From NCBI GenBank assembly GCA_902770045.1, contig CACXRO010000014.1, positions 27,516-91,515 of the forward strand: 64,000 bases of DNA. Direction: 5' to 3'. How positions within the stretch are numbered: the stretch's first letter is position 1; every line of letters begins with the position of its first letter. Shown in pieces: positions 16,211 through 25,631 of the stretch. The DNA is from an uncultured bacterium (GTDB lineage Bacteria > Verrucomicrobiota > Kiritimatiellia > RFP12 > UBA1067). The notes beneath the pieces were generated by a model that saw only the letters and a list, made by a program, of their open reading frames with translations, was not told the origin of the DNA and did not search any database. The position numbers and the translations under genes were made by a program.

Positions 16211-17359
16211 TCAGCGCTGCCACACCGGCGAGATGAAGTTGCCGCTCGCGCCGAAGAGCTGGCGGGGCTTGTCGCCGTCCTTGAGCGTGTCGATTATGAA
16301 CAGCGCCTTGTCGCGGCTGGCGACGAGGTGGCGCATGTCGCGCGACCAGGACGGGTGCTCCCAGTTGCCCTCGGGGGTGACGAGCTCCGCCGAAACGTCG
16401 CCCTCGGCCGGGCTCATCACGGCGATCTGCGCGCCGCCGCGCTTGGTGATGTAGGCGATGCGGCCGTCGGGGCCCCAGTCGGGGTCGACGTTCTCGCGCC
16501 CCTTGGAGGTCAGCCGTCGCTTCGCCTTCGTCGCGACGTCGACGACGAAGATCTGCGGGTTGCGGGCCTCGTTGGAGACGTAGGCGATCTTCTTGCCGTC
16601 CGGGCTCCACGCTGGCTGGCCCTCGCTCGCGAGCGGGGTGTTGGTGAGCCGGACGAAGCGGTCGCCGGAGATGACGTAGAGCTCGGGGTTGCCGTGCACG
16701 GTGAGGATCGCCGCGACCTTGGTGCCGTCGGGCGAGACCGCGATCCCGTCCGGCGAGCCCTTGAGGCTCCACTTCTGGCGGCGCGTGCCGGTGGCGGTGT
16801 CGAGCTCCCACACCTGCGGCGAGCCCTTGAGGTCGCTGATGTACATCACCGAGTCGCGGTCCTTCCAGCGCTGGAAGATCGTCATGCGCCCGTCGCCGGT
16901 GAGCTGCTTCACGTCGTAGCCGTCGGGGTAGCTGACGCACATCTCGCTCGGCCGCACCTGGCCGCGGCCGGCGGACTTGCCGCGGTTGAGGAAGAGCACC
17001 CGGTCGAGCGCGAAGCCCTTCTGGTTGCCGAACGCCTCGCACATCGCGTCGGCGAAGCGGCGCGCGGCCATGCGGGCGGACTTGTCGTCGGAGAACGCCT
17101 CGGCCGAAGAGACCACCTTGCCGCGGCCCTCGGCCTTCATCGCGCCGGACGCCCCGCTCACCTTGATCGTGCCGTCGCCGCGGACGGTGAAGAGCCCCGA
17201 GATCTCGAGGTTCTTCGCCAGGCACTTCGAGTACGCGCCGTTGGCGACCTGGATCGACACCGTGAACTTCTGGGCGCCGACGCCGGAGATGTTGACGACC
17301 GTCTCCGCCGACGCGGCGAGAGCAAGGGCCATTGCGGCCAGGGAGATAATTCTTTTCAT
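16211..17359 (-). CDS. TolB-like periplasmic beta-propeller protein (PD40 repeats)
   Basis: The signal peptide is MKRIISLAAMALALAASAE. Repeated SPDG/WSPDG motifs occur. The track ORF (to 17623) is an artefactual extension through the heptamer array. Confidence 0.7.
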   Translation of the reverse strand: MKRIISLAAMALALAASAETVVNISGVGAQKFTVSIQVANGAYSKCLAKNLEISGLFTVRGDGTIKVSGASGAMKAEGRGKVVSSAEAFSDDKSARMAARRFADAMCEAFGNQKGFALDRVLFLNRGKSAGRGQVRPSEMCVSYPDGYDVKQLTGDGRMTIFQRWKDRDSVMYISDLKGSPQVWELDTATGTRRQKWSLKGSPDGIAVSPDGTKVAAILTVHGNPELYVISGDRFVRLTNTPLASEGQPAWSPDGKKIAYVSNEARNPQIFVVDVATKAKRRLTSKGRENVDPDWGPDGRIAYITKRGGAQIAVMSPAEGDVSAELVTPEGNWEHPSWSRDMRHLVASRDKALFIIDTLKDGDKPRQLFGASGNFISPVWQR

Positions 17360-17366
17360 GATGCGT

Positions 17367-17375
17367 ATTATACCA
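17367..17375 (-). promoter_or_regulatory. extended -10 TGGTATAAT, 7 nt from the ATG (leaderless configuration)
   Basis: Minus strand reads gcgaataTGGTATAATACGCATCATG, with the ATG at 17359. Confidence 0.6.
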
Positions 17376-17382
17376 TATTCGC

Positions 17383-17462
17383 GGTTCGTGGTTCGTGGTT
17401 CGTGGTTCGTGGTTCGTGGGTCGTGGGTCGTGGTTCGTGGTTCGTGGTTCGTGGTTCGTGGG
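17383..17462. repeat. heptanucleotide tandem array, 11 units of GGTTCGT (minus-sense ACGAACC), two of them GGGTCGT variants
   Basis: Counted unit by unit from 17383 to 17459, plus a partial unit. The array fills the gap between stop codon 17463-17465 and the promoter motif. Confidence 0.95.
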
Positions 17463-20400
17463 TTAGGGGAGGACCTGGCCGTCGGCGACGAGGCGGCGGC
17501 GGAGATCCGCGTAGGGGACGTCCTGCACCGCGACGCCCTTCTCGACCGCGACCGCCGCGGCGGTGCCGGCGGCCTGGCCGAGCGCGAAGAACACCGGCTC
17601 CATCCGGATCGACCCGAACGCAACGTGGCTCGCCGAAAGGCTCACGGGGACGAGCAGGTTCGTGCATTCGCCGCGCTTGGGGACGATTGCCCCGTAGTCG
17701 ATTCCATACGGCACCATCGCGCCCTTAAGCCCGGCGCCGCGCGAGTCCTCGAAGTTGCCCTCGTTTCGCACGAAGCCGTCCGCGGTCTCGACCCGGCGCA
17801 CGTGGTGGGAGTCCATCGTGTAGGCGGCCATCGCCACGGGACGGGAAACCGTCTTCTCGCCGCGGCAGTGGCTCTCCGTCATCACCGTCTCGCCCACCAT
17901 GCGCCGGCCCTCGCGGACGTAGAGCTGGCTCTGCCAGCCGTCGCCTGGTCCGTCCGTGAACTCGTCGCGGCACGTTCCCCACTTGGAGAAATACTCCCTC
18001 ACGCGCTTTGGAATCCGCTTATGGTTCGCAAGCGTCCACATGAGCCCGCGCTGGTAGTCGAGATGCGCCTTGAAGATCTCCTCGCGCCGCGCGTAAGACG
18101 CCTCCGGCCATTCGTGGTTCATGCCGATGAAGTCGCTCGAGAAGGCGGTGCGGTTGTTGGAGTCGGTCTTGCCGTCGGGCATGCGCGACATGATGAGCGG
18201 CACGAAGTCCCTGCCGCTTCTCCATGGCCGCGTACTCGCGGAAGAGCAGCTCGTACGCGCGCTCGTCGTAGCCTTCCGGACGCTTGAACGGGATGCGGTT
18301 CTCGGGGACGTCCGTAAGGCACATCCGGAAGCAGTACGCCTGCATGCGCCCATCGCCGTCGCCTGGCTTTTCCGCGGCGTTGTACGGCTCCACCCCGGGG
18401 AGCAGACCAGAGCTCCGGTCGCCCTCGACGACATACGGCGAGACTCCGGCGTGGAAGTTGTGGTGCCGCGAGCCGCAGGCGTCCGGCGCAATGCCGTTCA
18501 GCGTCTCGCCGTAGACGGAGTTGGCCTCGCGCCCGACGGCGTACTTCACTCCGGCGGCAGCCATCAGGTCGCCTTCGTAGGTTGCGTCGACGAACATTCT
18601 GCCGCGGTAGGTGCGCCCGGAGAGCGTGGTGACGGCGACGATGCTCGCGCCGCGCTTCTCCACTCCCCTTTCGCGGTCAAGCCGCTCTCCGCGGCGGATG
18701 TCGAGGCCGTCGCGTTTCTCCCAGCCCTCGAGGATCGCAAGCGCCGCGGAAGGCTCGAACGTCCACATCGAGCCGCCGGACTTGGAGCCGGCGCACTGTC
18801 CGTCGGGGAAATAATCCTCGGACTTCTGCCACTTCCAGTGCGAGGGGTCGGAGTACCACTTCGCGACATCGCGGTAGAACTCGAGGGCGATGCCGCCGAA
18901 AGCGGACTTGTTGCCGATGTCCGTCTGGCCGAGGCCGCCGGTGGTGAGTCCGCCGATGCGCGTCTCGGGCGAGACGACCACCGCCTTGAGCCCCATGCGT
19001 TTCGCCTGCACCGCGGCGGAAATCGCCGCCGGACTGCTTCCGTAGACCACCAGGTCGAAATCCTCCTCCGACGGCCAGCGCAGCAGGTCGGCCTCGCCGA
19101 CCGGAATGTCTTCGGGCAGCGCGCCCCAGTCGGCGACGCCGTCTCCGCAGAGGACGTCCACACTGCCCTTCGCCGCGGCGGCCACCCACTCCGGCGGCGG
19201 CGCGGCGAAGCGGCAGCCGAGGTAGAGCGCCTCGCCGGCGACGTCCTTCACGGCCTTGCGCGTGCGAGCGAAGTACTCGCCGAGCAGATAGTCGGTGAGC
19301 CCGCAGAGCTCCTGCTCCGAAAGCTGGTCGGGACCCTTCGCCGCGTCGTACTTCCGTCCGTCCGCGGCAAGCCGCTTCAGGAGCGCGCGCCGGGCGGGCT
19401 GGTCGGCCGGCGCGGCGAGCGCGCGCCTCGCGAGCTCGGCGTGGGTCGCGCCGAAGTCGACGTCGCGGTCGACGACGAGTCCGAGGCACCAGGGGCTGTG
19501 CGGCAGCGGACGGCGTCCGGCGAAGTCCCAGGTGACGCACTGCCCGAAGGTCGGGTCGAACGGGTCGCGCATCGCGCGCGGCGACTTCCAGAGCGGGCGC
19601 GACTCGGCGTTCACGTAGGCGACAAACGGGGTGGGGCGCGCCGGCGCGGCGGGGCAGGGGCGGGCGGACGAGGCGAGGTCGCGGAAGAGGCGGCCGTCGG
19701 GGTCGACGATCCACCAGGAGCCGCCGCGGCGCTCGACGCGGAAGCGCCCGGTCGCCGCGAGCTGCGGTCCCCGCAGCTGGCCGCCCCACTGGTCGATTCC
19801 GGCGGCCTCGTCGGTGCGGGCGCCGCGCCGCAGCGTCCACGAAGGCTGGTTCACGCCGTAGCCGCAGCCGTGGCCGACGCCCTGGGAATAGCGCAACTTC
19901 ACCGGTCCGCGGAGGTTGCGGAAGAGGATCATCTGTCCCGACGGCGGACAGACGTAGTCGGCGAGGCCGAAGTTGACGTTGACCGGGCAGGTGACGCGCA
20001 TCGCGAGGTTGACACCGTCCACATAGGCGAGCTCCGGCGTCCAGAGCGGAAACCAGCCGCCGATCCTGCCTAGGACCGGATGTCCGGCGAGGTCGCACAT
20101 CCAGGCGAAGTCGGGCGAGCAGCGCGAGACGTCAGGATCCAGCGCGGCGAGCGCGATCGAGCGGTAGCCGCCCATCGAACCGCCGCCGACGGTGAGCGTG
20201 CGTCCGTCCCACTGCTCCAGGGTCTTGGCGTAGGCGACCGCCCGGACGTCGCGCAGCAGCATGAGGAACAACTCGTTGGAGGTCTTCGCGCCGGTGTTGC
20301 GCCAGCAGTAGCCCTGCATCACGTTGGTCCAGAGGTTCTCGTGGTAGGCGGAGTCGGCGAGCGGGTCTTCGCCGTAGCGGGTGATGTGGAGGCGGATCGC

Positions 20401-21087
20401 GCCGCCGTCGCGCAGCACGGACTTCTCGTCGATGCGTCCGCGGCCGTAGCCGTAGCCGGGCACGTCGACGCGGATCGGCAGCGACTTCGCCGCCGCCGCG
20501 CGCGGCCACGCGATCAGTCCCGTGGCCGGTCCGAGTGAGGGGATGAGGTTGACCGAGAAGGCGTTGACGACGACGTTGGTGTCCTTGGACGCGACCGGGG
20601 TGAGCACGGGGCTCATCGGCACGGATTTAAGCCGCGCGAGCTCGAGGTCCCAGAACGCGTTGAAGTCGTCCGGCGCAGGCTTCGCCGGGATGCGCTCCGC
20701 GTCCGCGGCAGCGCTGGAGTCGAAGATGTCCGAGCCCGGGACCTGCCTTCCGTCCTCGTCGACGGCGCGAACGACGAGGTGGACGAAGCCGGGCGCGTCG
20801 AGCTTCGCCTTGACGACGAGCGGCTGGTCGGAGGACGCTTCGCCGGCGCGGCGGCTGCCGTCGTCGCCTTCGAGCGTCCAAGCGACGCGGCGGCCCGGGA
20901 CCGGCGCGTTCTTGGCGCTGCGGTCGACGAGCGTGACCGTGAAAACCATCTCCTCGCCGCAGGCGTAGGAGAGCGGGTCGCGGTCGGTGACGCCGTGGAA
21001 CGAGAGCGACTCGGCGGCGGAGGCGCCGAGCGCCGCGGCGAGCGCAAGCGCGCAGGCGAGCGGGCGGACAGTGCGGGTTGGGTTCAT
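17463..21087 (-). pseudogene. secreted three-domain protein (AXE1/CE7-like esterase, unknown middle domain, FAD-dependent oxidoreductase), frameshifted near 18213-18219 (or a sequencing error)
   Basis: The start MNPTRTVRPLACALALAAALGASA is ATG 21087, with AAGGAG upstream and an ATGA overlap with xseA. The nucleophile elbow is GGGSMGG and the FAD motif is DLVVYGSSPAAISAAVQAKRMG. The reading frame switches between ...LLFREYAAMEK and GRDFVPLIMSRMPDGKTDSNN. Confidence 0.6.
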
Positions 21088-22310
21088 TTCTCTCCTTTCG
21101 CGGTCGCGGACACGACCGAGACGGCTTCGCCGCGGGCGAAGCGGGTCCTGATTTCGTCGCCCCGCTTCAGCGCCGAGGCGTCGCGCACCGCCGAGCCGTC
21201 CGGCCCGGTGACGATCGCGTAGCCGCGCTCGAGCACTCCGTAGGGCGAATACGCCTCGAGCTTCGCCTGGGCCTTCTCGAGCCGCGCGGCGGCGGACTGA
21301 ATAGCGAGCGACTTCGCCGCGTCGAGTCGCGGCACGGCGCGCTCGAGCCGGCGCTCGGCCTTCGCGAGCGCGGCCGCCAACGCGGCGGCGAGCGAGTCGC
21401 CGAGGTGGTCGAGTCGCTGCGCGGTGACGTCGCCCCGGCTCTGGAGCGTGGCGGCCAGCTTGGACGCGAGAGCGTTCACGCGCTCGAGCAGATCCGCGCG
21501 CACCGGCACGGCGATCTCCGCGGCAATCGAGGGCGTGCCGGCGCGCCGGTCGGCGGCGAAGTCGCAGAGGGTGAAGTCGGTCTCGTGGCCGACGGCGCTG
21601 ATGACCGGAATCGCGGAGGCGGCGACGGCGCGGACGAGCGACTCGTCGTTGAAGCAGAAGAGGTCCTCGAAGCTGCCACCGCCGCGCGCGACGATGACGA
21701 GGTCGGCCCGCCAGTCCGGGCAGGAGTTGAAGTACTCGAGGCCGGCGACGATCCGCGGCGGCGCGTCCGCGCCCTGCACGAGGCAGGGGAAGAGCCTGAT
21801 TTCCAGCGCCGGGAAGCGCCGCGTCAGCACGGTGCACATGTCGTGCACCACCGCGCCTGCCTCGCTGGTGACGAGCCCGATGCGCCGCGGCAACGGCGGC
21901 AGCGGACGCTTCTTCGCGGGATCGAAGAGCCCTTCCTGCTCGAGCTTCGCCTTGAGCGCGAGGTAGCGCTGCATCAGCTCGCCGACGCCGGCGAGCCGGG
22001 CGCTGAGGACGTTGAGCTGGTAGTTGCCGCGCGGCGGATAGACGGTGAGGCTGCAGTAGAGGGCGACCTTGGCGCCGTCCTTGAGCTCGTCCCGCGCAGC
22101 GCAGCGCTGGAAGGCGGAGGCGAACATCACCGCCGCGATCTGCGCGCCCTCGTCCTTTACCGTGAAATAGCGGTGGCCGGAGGCGGCCGGGCGCCAGCCG
22201 CTGATCTCGCCTTCGACGATGATGCGCGACCAGCCGCGCTCCAGCGCGCCCTTGACCGCCGCGGTGAGCGAGGTCACGGTGAAGTGCGGGTATTTCGACT
22301 CCTCCGCCAC
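21084..22310 (-). CDS. xseA: exodeoxyribonuclease VII large subunit
   Basis: An OB-fold N-terminus (...TVTSLTAAVKGALE...VEGEISGW) is followed by ...VVARGGGSFEDLFCFNDE. The start codon is GTG. Confidence 0.85.
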   Translation of the reverse strand: MAEESKYPHFTVTSLTAAVKGALERGWSRIIVEGEISGWRPAASGHRYFTVKDEGAQIAAVMFASAFQRCAARDELKDGAKVALYCSLTVYPPRGNYQLNVLSARLAGVGELMQRYLALKAKLEQEGLFDPAKKRPLPPLPRRIGLVTSEAGAVVHDMCTVLTRRFPALEIRLFPCLVQGADAPPRIVAGLEYFNSCPDWRADLVIVARGGGSFEDLFCFNDESLVRAVAASAIPVISAVGHETDFTLCDFAADRRAGTPSIAAEIAVPVRADLLERVNALASKLAATLQSRGDVTAQRLDHLGDSLAAALAAALAKAERRLERAVPRLDAAKSLAIQSAAARLEKAQAKLEAYSPYGVLERGYAIVTGPDGSAVRDASALKRGDEIRTRFARGEAVSVVSATAKGEK

Positions 22311-22314
22311 GGCC

Positions 22315-23478
22315 TCACCTCACCAGCAGCTTGCGCAGCTTCTCGCGCTTGCGGTCGCGGTAGGAGTGGATACCCACCGAGAGAATCGTCCCGACCGCGA
22401 AGAAGGACGCGAGCATGTTCGTGCCGCCGTAGCTGAAGAACGGCAGCGCCATGCCCTTGGTGGGCAGCGCCTCGCAGACGACGCCGATGTTGAAGATCGC
22501 CTGGAAGAAGATGATGAACGCCATCCCGAGCGCGAGGAAGCGCCCGAAGCGGTCCGACGCGGAGCGGGCGATGTAGACCGAGAGGAGGAAGAACGCGAGG
22601 AAGAGGAGAAGCGTGCCGACCGAGAAGATTATCCCCAGCTCCTCCGCGCCGATGGCGAAGATGAAGTCGGTGTGGTTCTCGGGGAGGTATTTCTGCTTCT
22701 GCATGGACTGGGTGAGTCCCACGCCCCAGACGCCGCCGTTCATCATCGCCACCAGCGCCTGGTTGGCCTGGTAGGCCGCGCGCCTCGCGGCCTCGTCCAT
22801 CACCTGGGCGCCGACGTCGATCTTCACGCCGAAGAACGCCGCGATGCGCGCCATGCGGTTGGCGTTGGTGGCCACCTTGTAGACGAACGCGCAGATGCCG
22901 ACGACGGCGAACGGCGCGAGGTGCAGGAGGCGCGTCCCCGCGACGAACATCACCAGGAAGCCGGAGAATCCGATCACCATCGTCGAGCCGAAGTCCGGCT
23001 CGGCCATCACCGGGAGCGCCAGGAACCCGATGAGCAACGCGGGCACGAGCGCCCCGCGGCGGAAGAGCTCCACCCGCCAGGCGGCCAGGTCAAGCCAGAC
23101 CGAGACCACGATGACCACCGCGAGCTTGGCGAACTCGCTTGGCTGCAAATTGACAGGACCGAGCGAGATCCAGCGGTAGGAGCCGTTGATCCTGCGCCCG
23201 AGCGGCGGAAACACCGCGATGAGCAGCAGGAACACGATCGCGTAGAACATCCACGCAAGCGCCGGGGTGTCGCGCCAGCGCCGGTAGTCTACCGCCGCCA
23301 CCACCACCGCAAGCACCACGCCCACCCCGAGGTAGGCGAACTGGCGCTTCATGAAGTAGTAGGCGTCGCCGTGCAGCCTGACGCCGTTGACCTCGCTGGC
23401 GCTCGACAGGACTAAAAAGCCCAGCGCCACGAGGATCGCGACGACCAGGCCGAATGCGCAAAGCGCAGACTTGCGCAC
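22315..23478 (-). CDS. ftsW: FtsW/RodA/SpoVE-family (SEDS) protein
   Basis: About 10 TM segments, with ...PSEFAKLAVV... and ...GMALPFFSYGGTNMLA. It lies next to murD. Confidence 0.75.
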   Translation of the reverse strand: MRKSALCAFGLVVAILVALGFLVLSSASEVNGVRLHGDAYYFMKRQFAYLGVGVVLAVVVAAVDYRRWRDTPALAWMFYAIVFLLLIAVFPPLGRRINGSYRWISLGPVNLQPSEFAKLAVVIVVSVWLDLAAWRVELFRRGALVPALLIGFLALPVMAEPDFGSTMVIGFSGFLVMFVAGTRLLHLAPFAVVGICAFVYKVATNANRMARIAAFFGVKIDVGAQVMDEAARRAAYQANQALVAMMNGGVWGVGLTQSMQKQKYLPENHTDFIFAIGAEELGIIFSVGTLLLFLAFFLLSVYIARSASDRFGRFLALGMAFIIFFQAIFNIGVVCEALPTKGMALPFFSYGGTNMLASFFAVGTILSVGIHSYRDRKREKLRKLLVR

Positions 23479-23484
23479 AGCTGC

Positions 23485-24525
23485 TTACTGCTGGGCTTCA
23501 GCCGGCAGCTTGATGACCTGCCCAGGCTTGAGCTGGGCGTCGTCGGGGAGATTGTTGAGCTCGCGGATCTCGGCGGCGGAGACGCCGAAGCGGATCGTGA
23601 TCGACGTCAGGTCGTCGCCCTCCTGCACCACATAGGTGTTGAAGTCGGGAGCGGCGTCCTTCTTCGCGGCGTCCTCGGCTGCGGCGGGCTGGGCCTCGGC
23701 GGCGGCCTCCTCCTGCTTCCCGGCGGCGGCAGGCTCGGGCTTGATCTCGGCGGCGGACTTGGCCTCGGCGGCGGCGGCCTTCGGGGCCTCGGCCTTGGCG
23801 GCCTTGGCGGCAGGCTTGCCATCAGCCGGGATCTTGAGCTTCTGGCCGATGCGCAGCACGTCGCCGCTCAGGCCGTTGAGCTCCTTGAGCTGGCGGATGT
23901 TGATGCCGTTGCCGTAGGCGATCGCGCCGAGGGTGTCGCCGTTCTTGACGACGTACTCCTTGGTCGCGCCGGTGTAGGGCGTGTAGGACTTCTTCGCGGC
24001 GGCGGCGGCCTTGGGCGCCTCGGCAGCGGCGGGCGCGGCGGTCATGGACTCGGGCAGCTTGCCGGGGATCTTCAGCTTCTGGCCGATGCGGATCGTATCG
24101 CTCTTGAGGTCGTTGGCTTTCTTGATCGCGGCGATGGTGACGTTGCACTTCTTGGAGATCTTCGCGAGGTAGTCGCCGTTCTGGACGACGTAGATCGAGT
24201 ACTCCTGATCGGACGCGGGCACCTTTGCGCTCTTGGTCTTGACGATGCACGCGCAGTCGTCAGCGCCGCACTTGCACGGCTCGGCGTGGATGGTGCCGGG
24301 CGCGCAGAGGCAGCCCTTCTTGGCGATGACCGGCGGCGTGGGCGCGGGAGAGTCCTTGACCTCCGTCTTGTTCACGCCGGTGTCGGCTGGCGGCGGCGCC
24401 GGCTGCGTGTCGGCCATGCGCACATCCGACTGATTCGAAGCGCCGGGGCGCTTGAAGTCAGGATCCTTGCAACCAGAGAACGTCGCGACGGCCGCGACCG
24501 AGAGAACCACTGCGAGCTTGTTCAT
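23485..24525 (-). CDS. lipoprotein with three LysM domains and Ala/Pro-rich linkers
   Basis: The lipobox is ...ATFSGC. Three Y(V)VxxGDxLxxI...IGQKLKIP repeats are present. Confidence 0.8.
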   Translation of the reverse strand: MNKLAVVLSVAAVATFSGCKDPDFKRPGASNQSDVRMADTQPAPPPADTGVNKTEVKDSPAPTPPVIAKKGCLCAPGTIHAEPCKCGADDCACIVKTKSAKVPASDQEYSIYVVQNGDYLAKISKKCNVTIAAIKKANDLKSDTIRIGQKLKIPGKLPESMTAAPAAAEAPKAAAAAKKSYTPYTGATKEYVVKNGDTLGAIAYGNGINIRQLKELNGLSGDVLRIGQKLKIPADGKPAAKAAKAEAPKAAAAEAKSAAEIKPEPAAAGKQEEAAAEAQPAAAEDAAKKDAAPDFNTYVVQEGDDLTSITIRFGVSAAEIRELNNLPDDAQLKPGQVIKLPAEAQQ

Positions 24526-25631
24526 GTTTTGTCTTTTCCTTGTCCTTTGACGAGTTGCGCGAAGACCTCTCCGCGTTCCTCGAAGTTTTTAAACTGGTCG
24601 AAACTCGCGGCTCCCGGGGAAAGCAGCACCTTCTCGCCGTTCGCCGCCTCGCGCTTCGCCCTCTCGACCGCCTTCTCCAGGGTGCCGCAGACCTCGCAGT
24701 CCACGTCTTTGGACCAGGCGGAAAAGAGACTTTCCGCGCTTTGACCGATAAGATACACTTTTTTGACCCACTTTGTCAAGATGGGTAGTGAAATTTTCGG
24801 GTCGTCGCCTTTGGCGAGTCCGCCGGCCAGAAGACGCACCAAACGCCCGCCAGATGCGGCTTTGGCGGCCATTTCGACGCCTGCGGAGAGCGCCGCGAGC
24901 GAAGTCGCCTTGGAGTCGTCGATGTACTCGACGCCGTCGATCTCGGCCACTTTCGCCATCCGGTGGGGCAGCGGCTCGAACGCGGCGAACGCGCGCGCGA
25001 TCTCCTCGTCGCCGAGCCCGGCGACGCGCATCAGCGCCGCGGCGGCGAGTCCGTTCGCGCACAGGACGCGGTTGTCGAAGTATGATCCGGCGAGGAGCGC
25101 GGGGTCCTCGACGCACGGCTCGTCGAGCCCGACGCGGCGCTTCGCCATCGCCCAGAGACGGCGCTTGAGCGCGTGGTACGTCGCCGCGTCGCCGTGGCGG
25201 TCGAGGTGGTCCTCCTGCAGGTTGAGGATCGCCGCCGCCTCGAAGAAGTCGGCTGGCAGCGAAGTCGTCTCGAGCATGAAGGACGACACCTCGACGACCG
25301 CCCATCCGGTGCGCTCCTCGCGCGCGACGTCGCTCACCGGCCGGCCGTAGTTGCCGCAGGGGACGGCGAATCCGCCGGCGAGGTTGATCGCGTCGGCGAC
25401 GACCTTGACGACGCTCGACTTGCCCTTCGAGCCGGTGACTGCGAGGAGTCGCCAGCCGCGCTTCTTCAGCTCGCGGCAGCCGTACTCGAGCTCGCTCATG
25501 ACGCGCACGCCGGGGCTCGCCACCGCGAAGTCGACGCCGTCGGCGAACTCCACCTCGCCGCCGCCAGCCGCCGCGAGCGCCGCCGCCGCCTCGCCGCTGC
25601 GGCCGCGTCCGATGACGAGCACCCTACCCAT
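24522..25631 (-). CDS. murD: UDP-N-acetylmuramoylalanine--D-glutamate ligase (short form)
   Basis: AVTGSKGKSS P-loop and Mur ligase middle/C-terminal motifs (...NLQEDHLDRHG..., ...DDSKATS...) are present. Confidence 0.8.
   Translation of the reverse strand: MGRVLVIGRGRSGEAAAALAAAGGGEVEFADGVDFAVASPGVRVMSELEYGCRELKKRGWRLLAVTGSKGKSSVVKVVADAINLAGGFAVPCGNYGRPVSDVAREERTGWAVVEVSSFMLETTSLPADFFEAAAILNLQEDHLDRHGDAATYHALKRRLWAMAKRRVGLDEPCVEDPALLAGSYFDNRVLCANGLAAAALMRVAGLGDEEIARAFAAFEPLPHRMAKVAEIDGVEYIDDSKATSLAALSAGVEMAAKAASGGRLVRLLAGGLAKGDDPKISLPILTKWVKKVYLIGQSAESLFSAWSKDVDCEVCGTLEKAVERAKREAANGEKVLLSPGAASFDQFKNFEERGEVFAQLVKGQGKDKT

Noticed and set aside
17383-17462. Possible CRISPR array (also 39825..39887)
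   Set aside because: The units are 7 nt and contiguous, with no spacers, and there are no cas genes in the window.
17368-17667. ORFs encoding HEPRTTN or RGSWFVV peptide repeats (also within 16977..18287 and 16211..17623)
   Set aside because: These are simply the three-frame translations of the 7-nt tandem array. Period 7 does not preserve a reading frame in a meaningful way, and they lie between a stop codon and a promoter.
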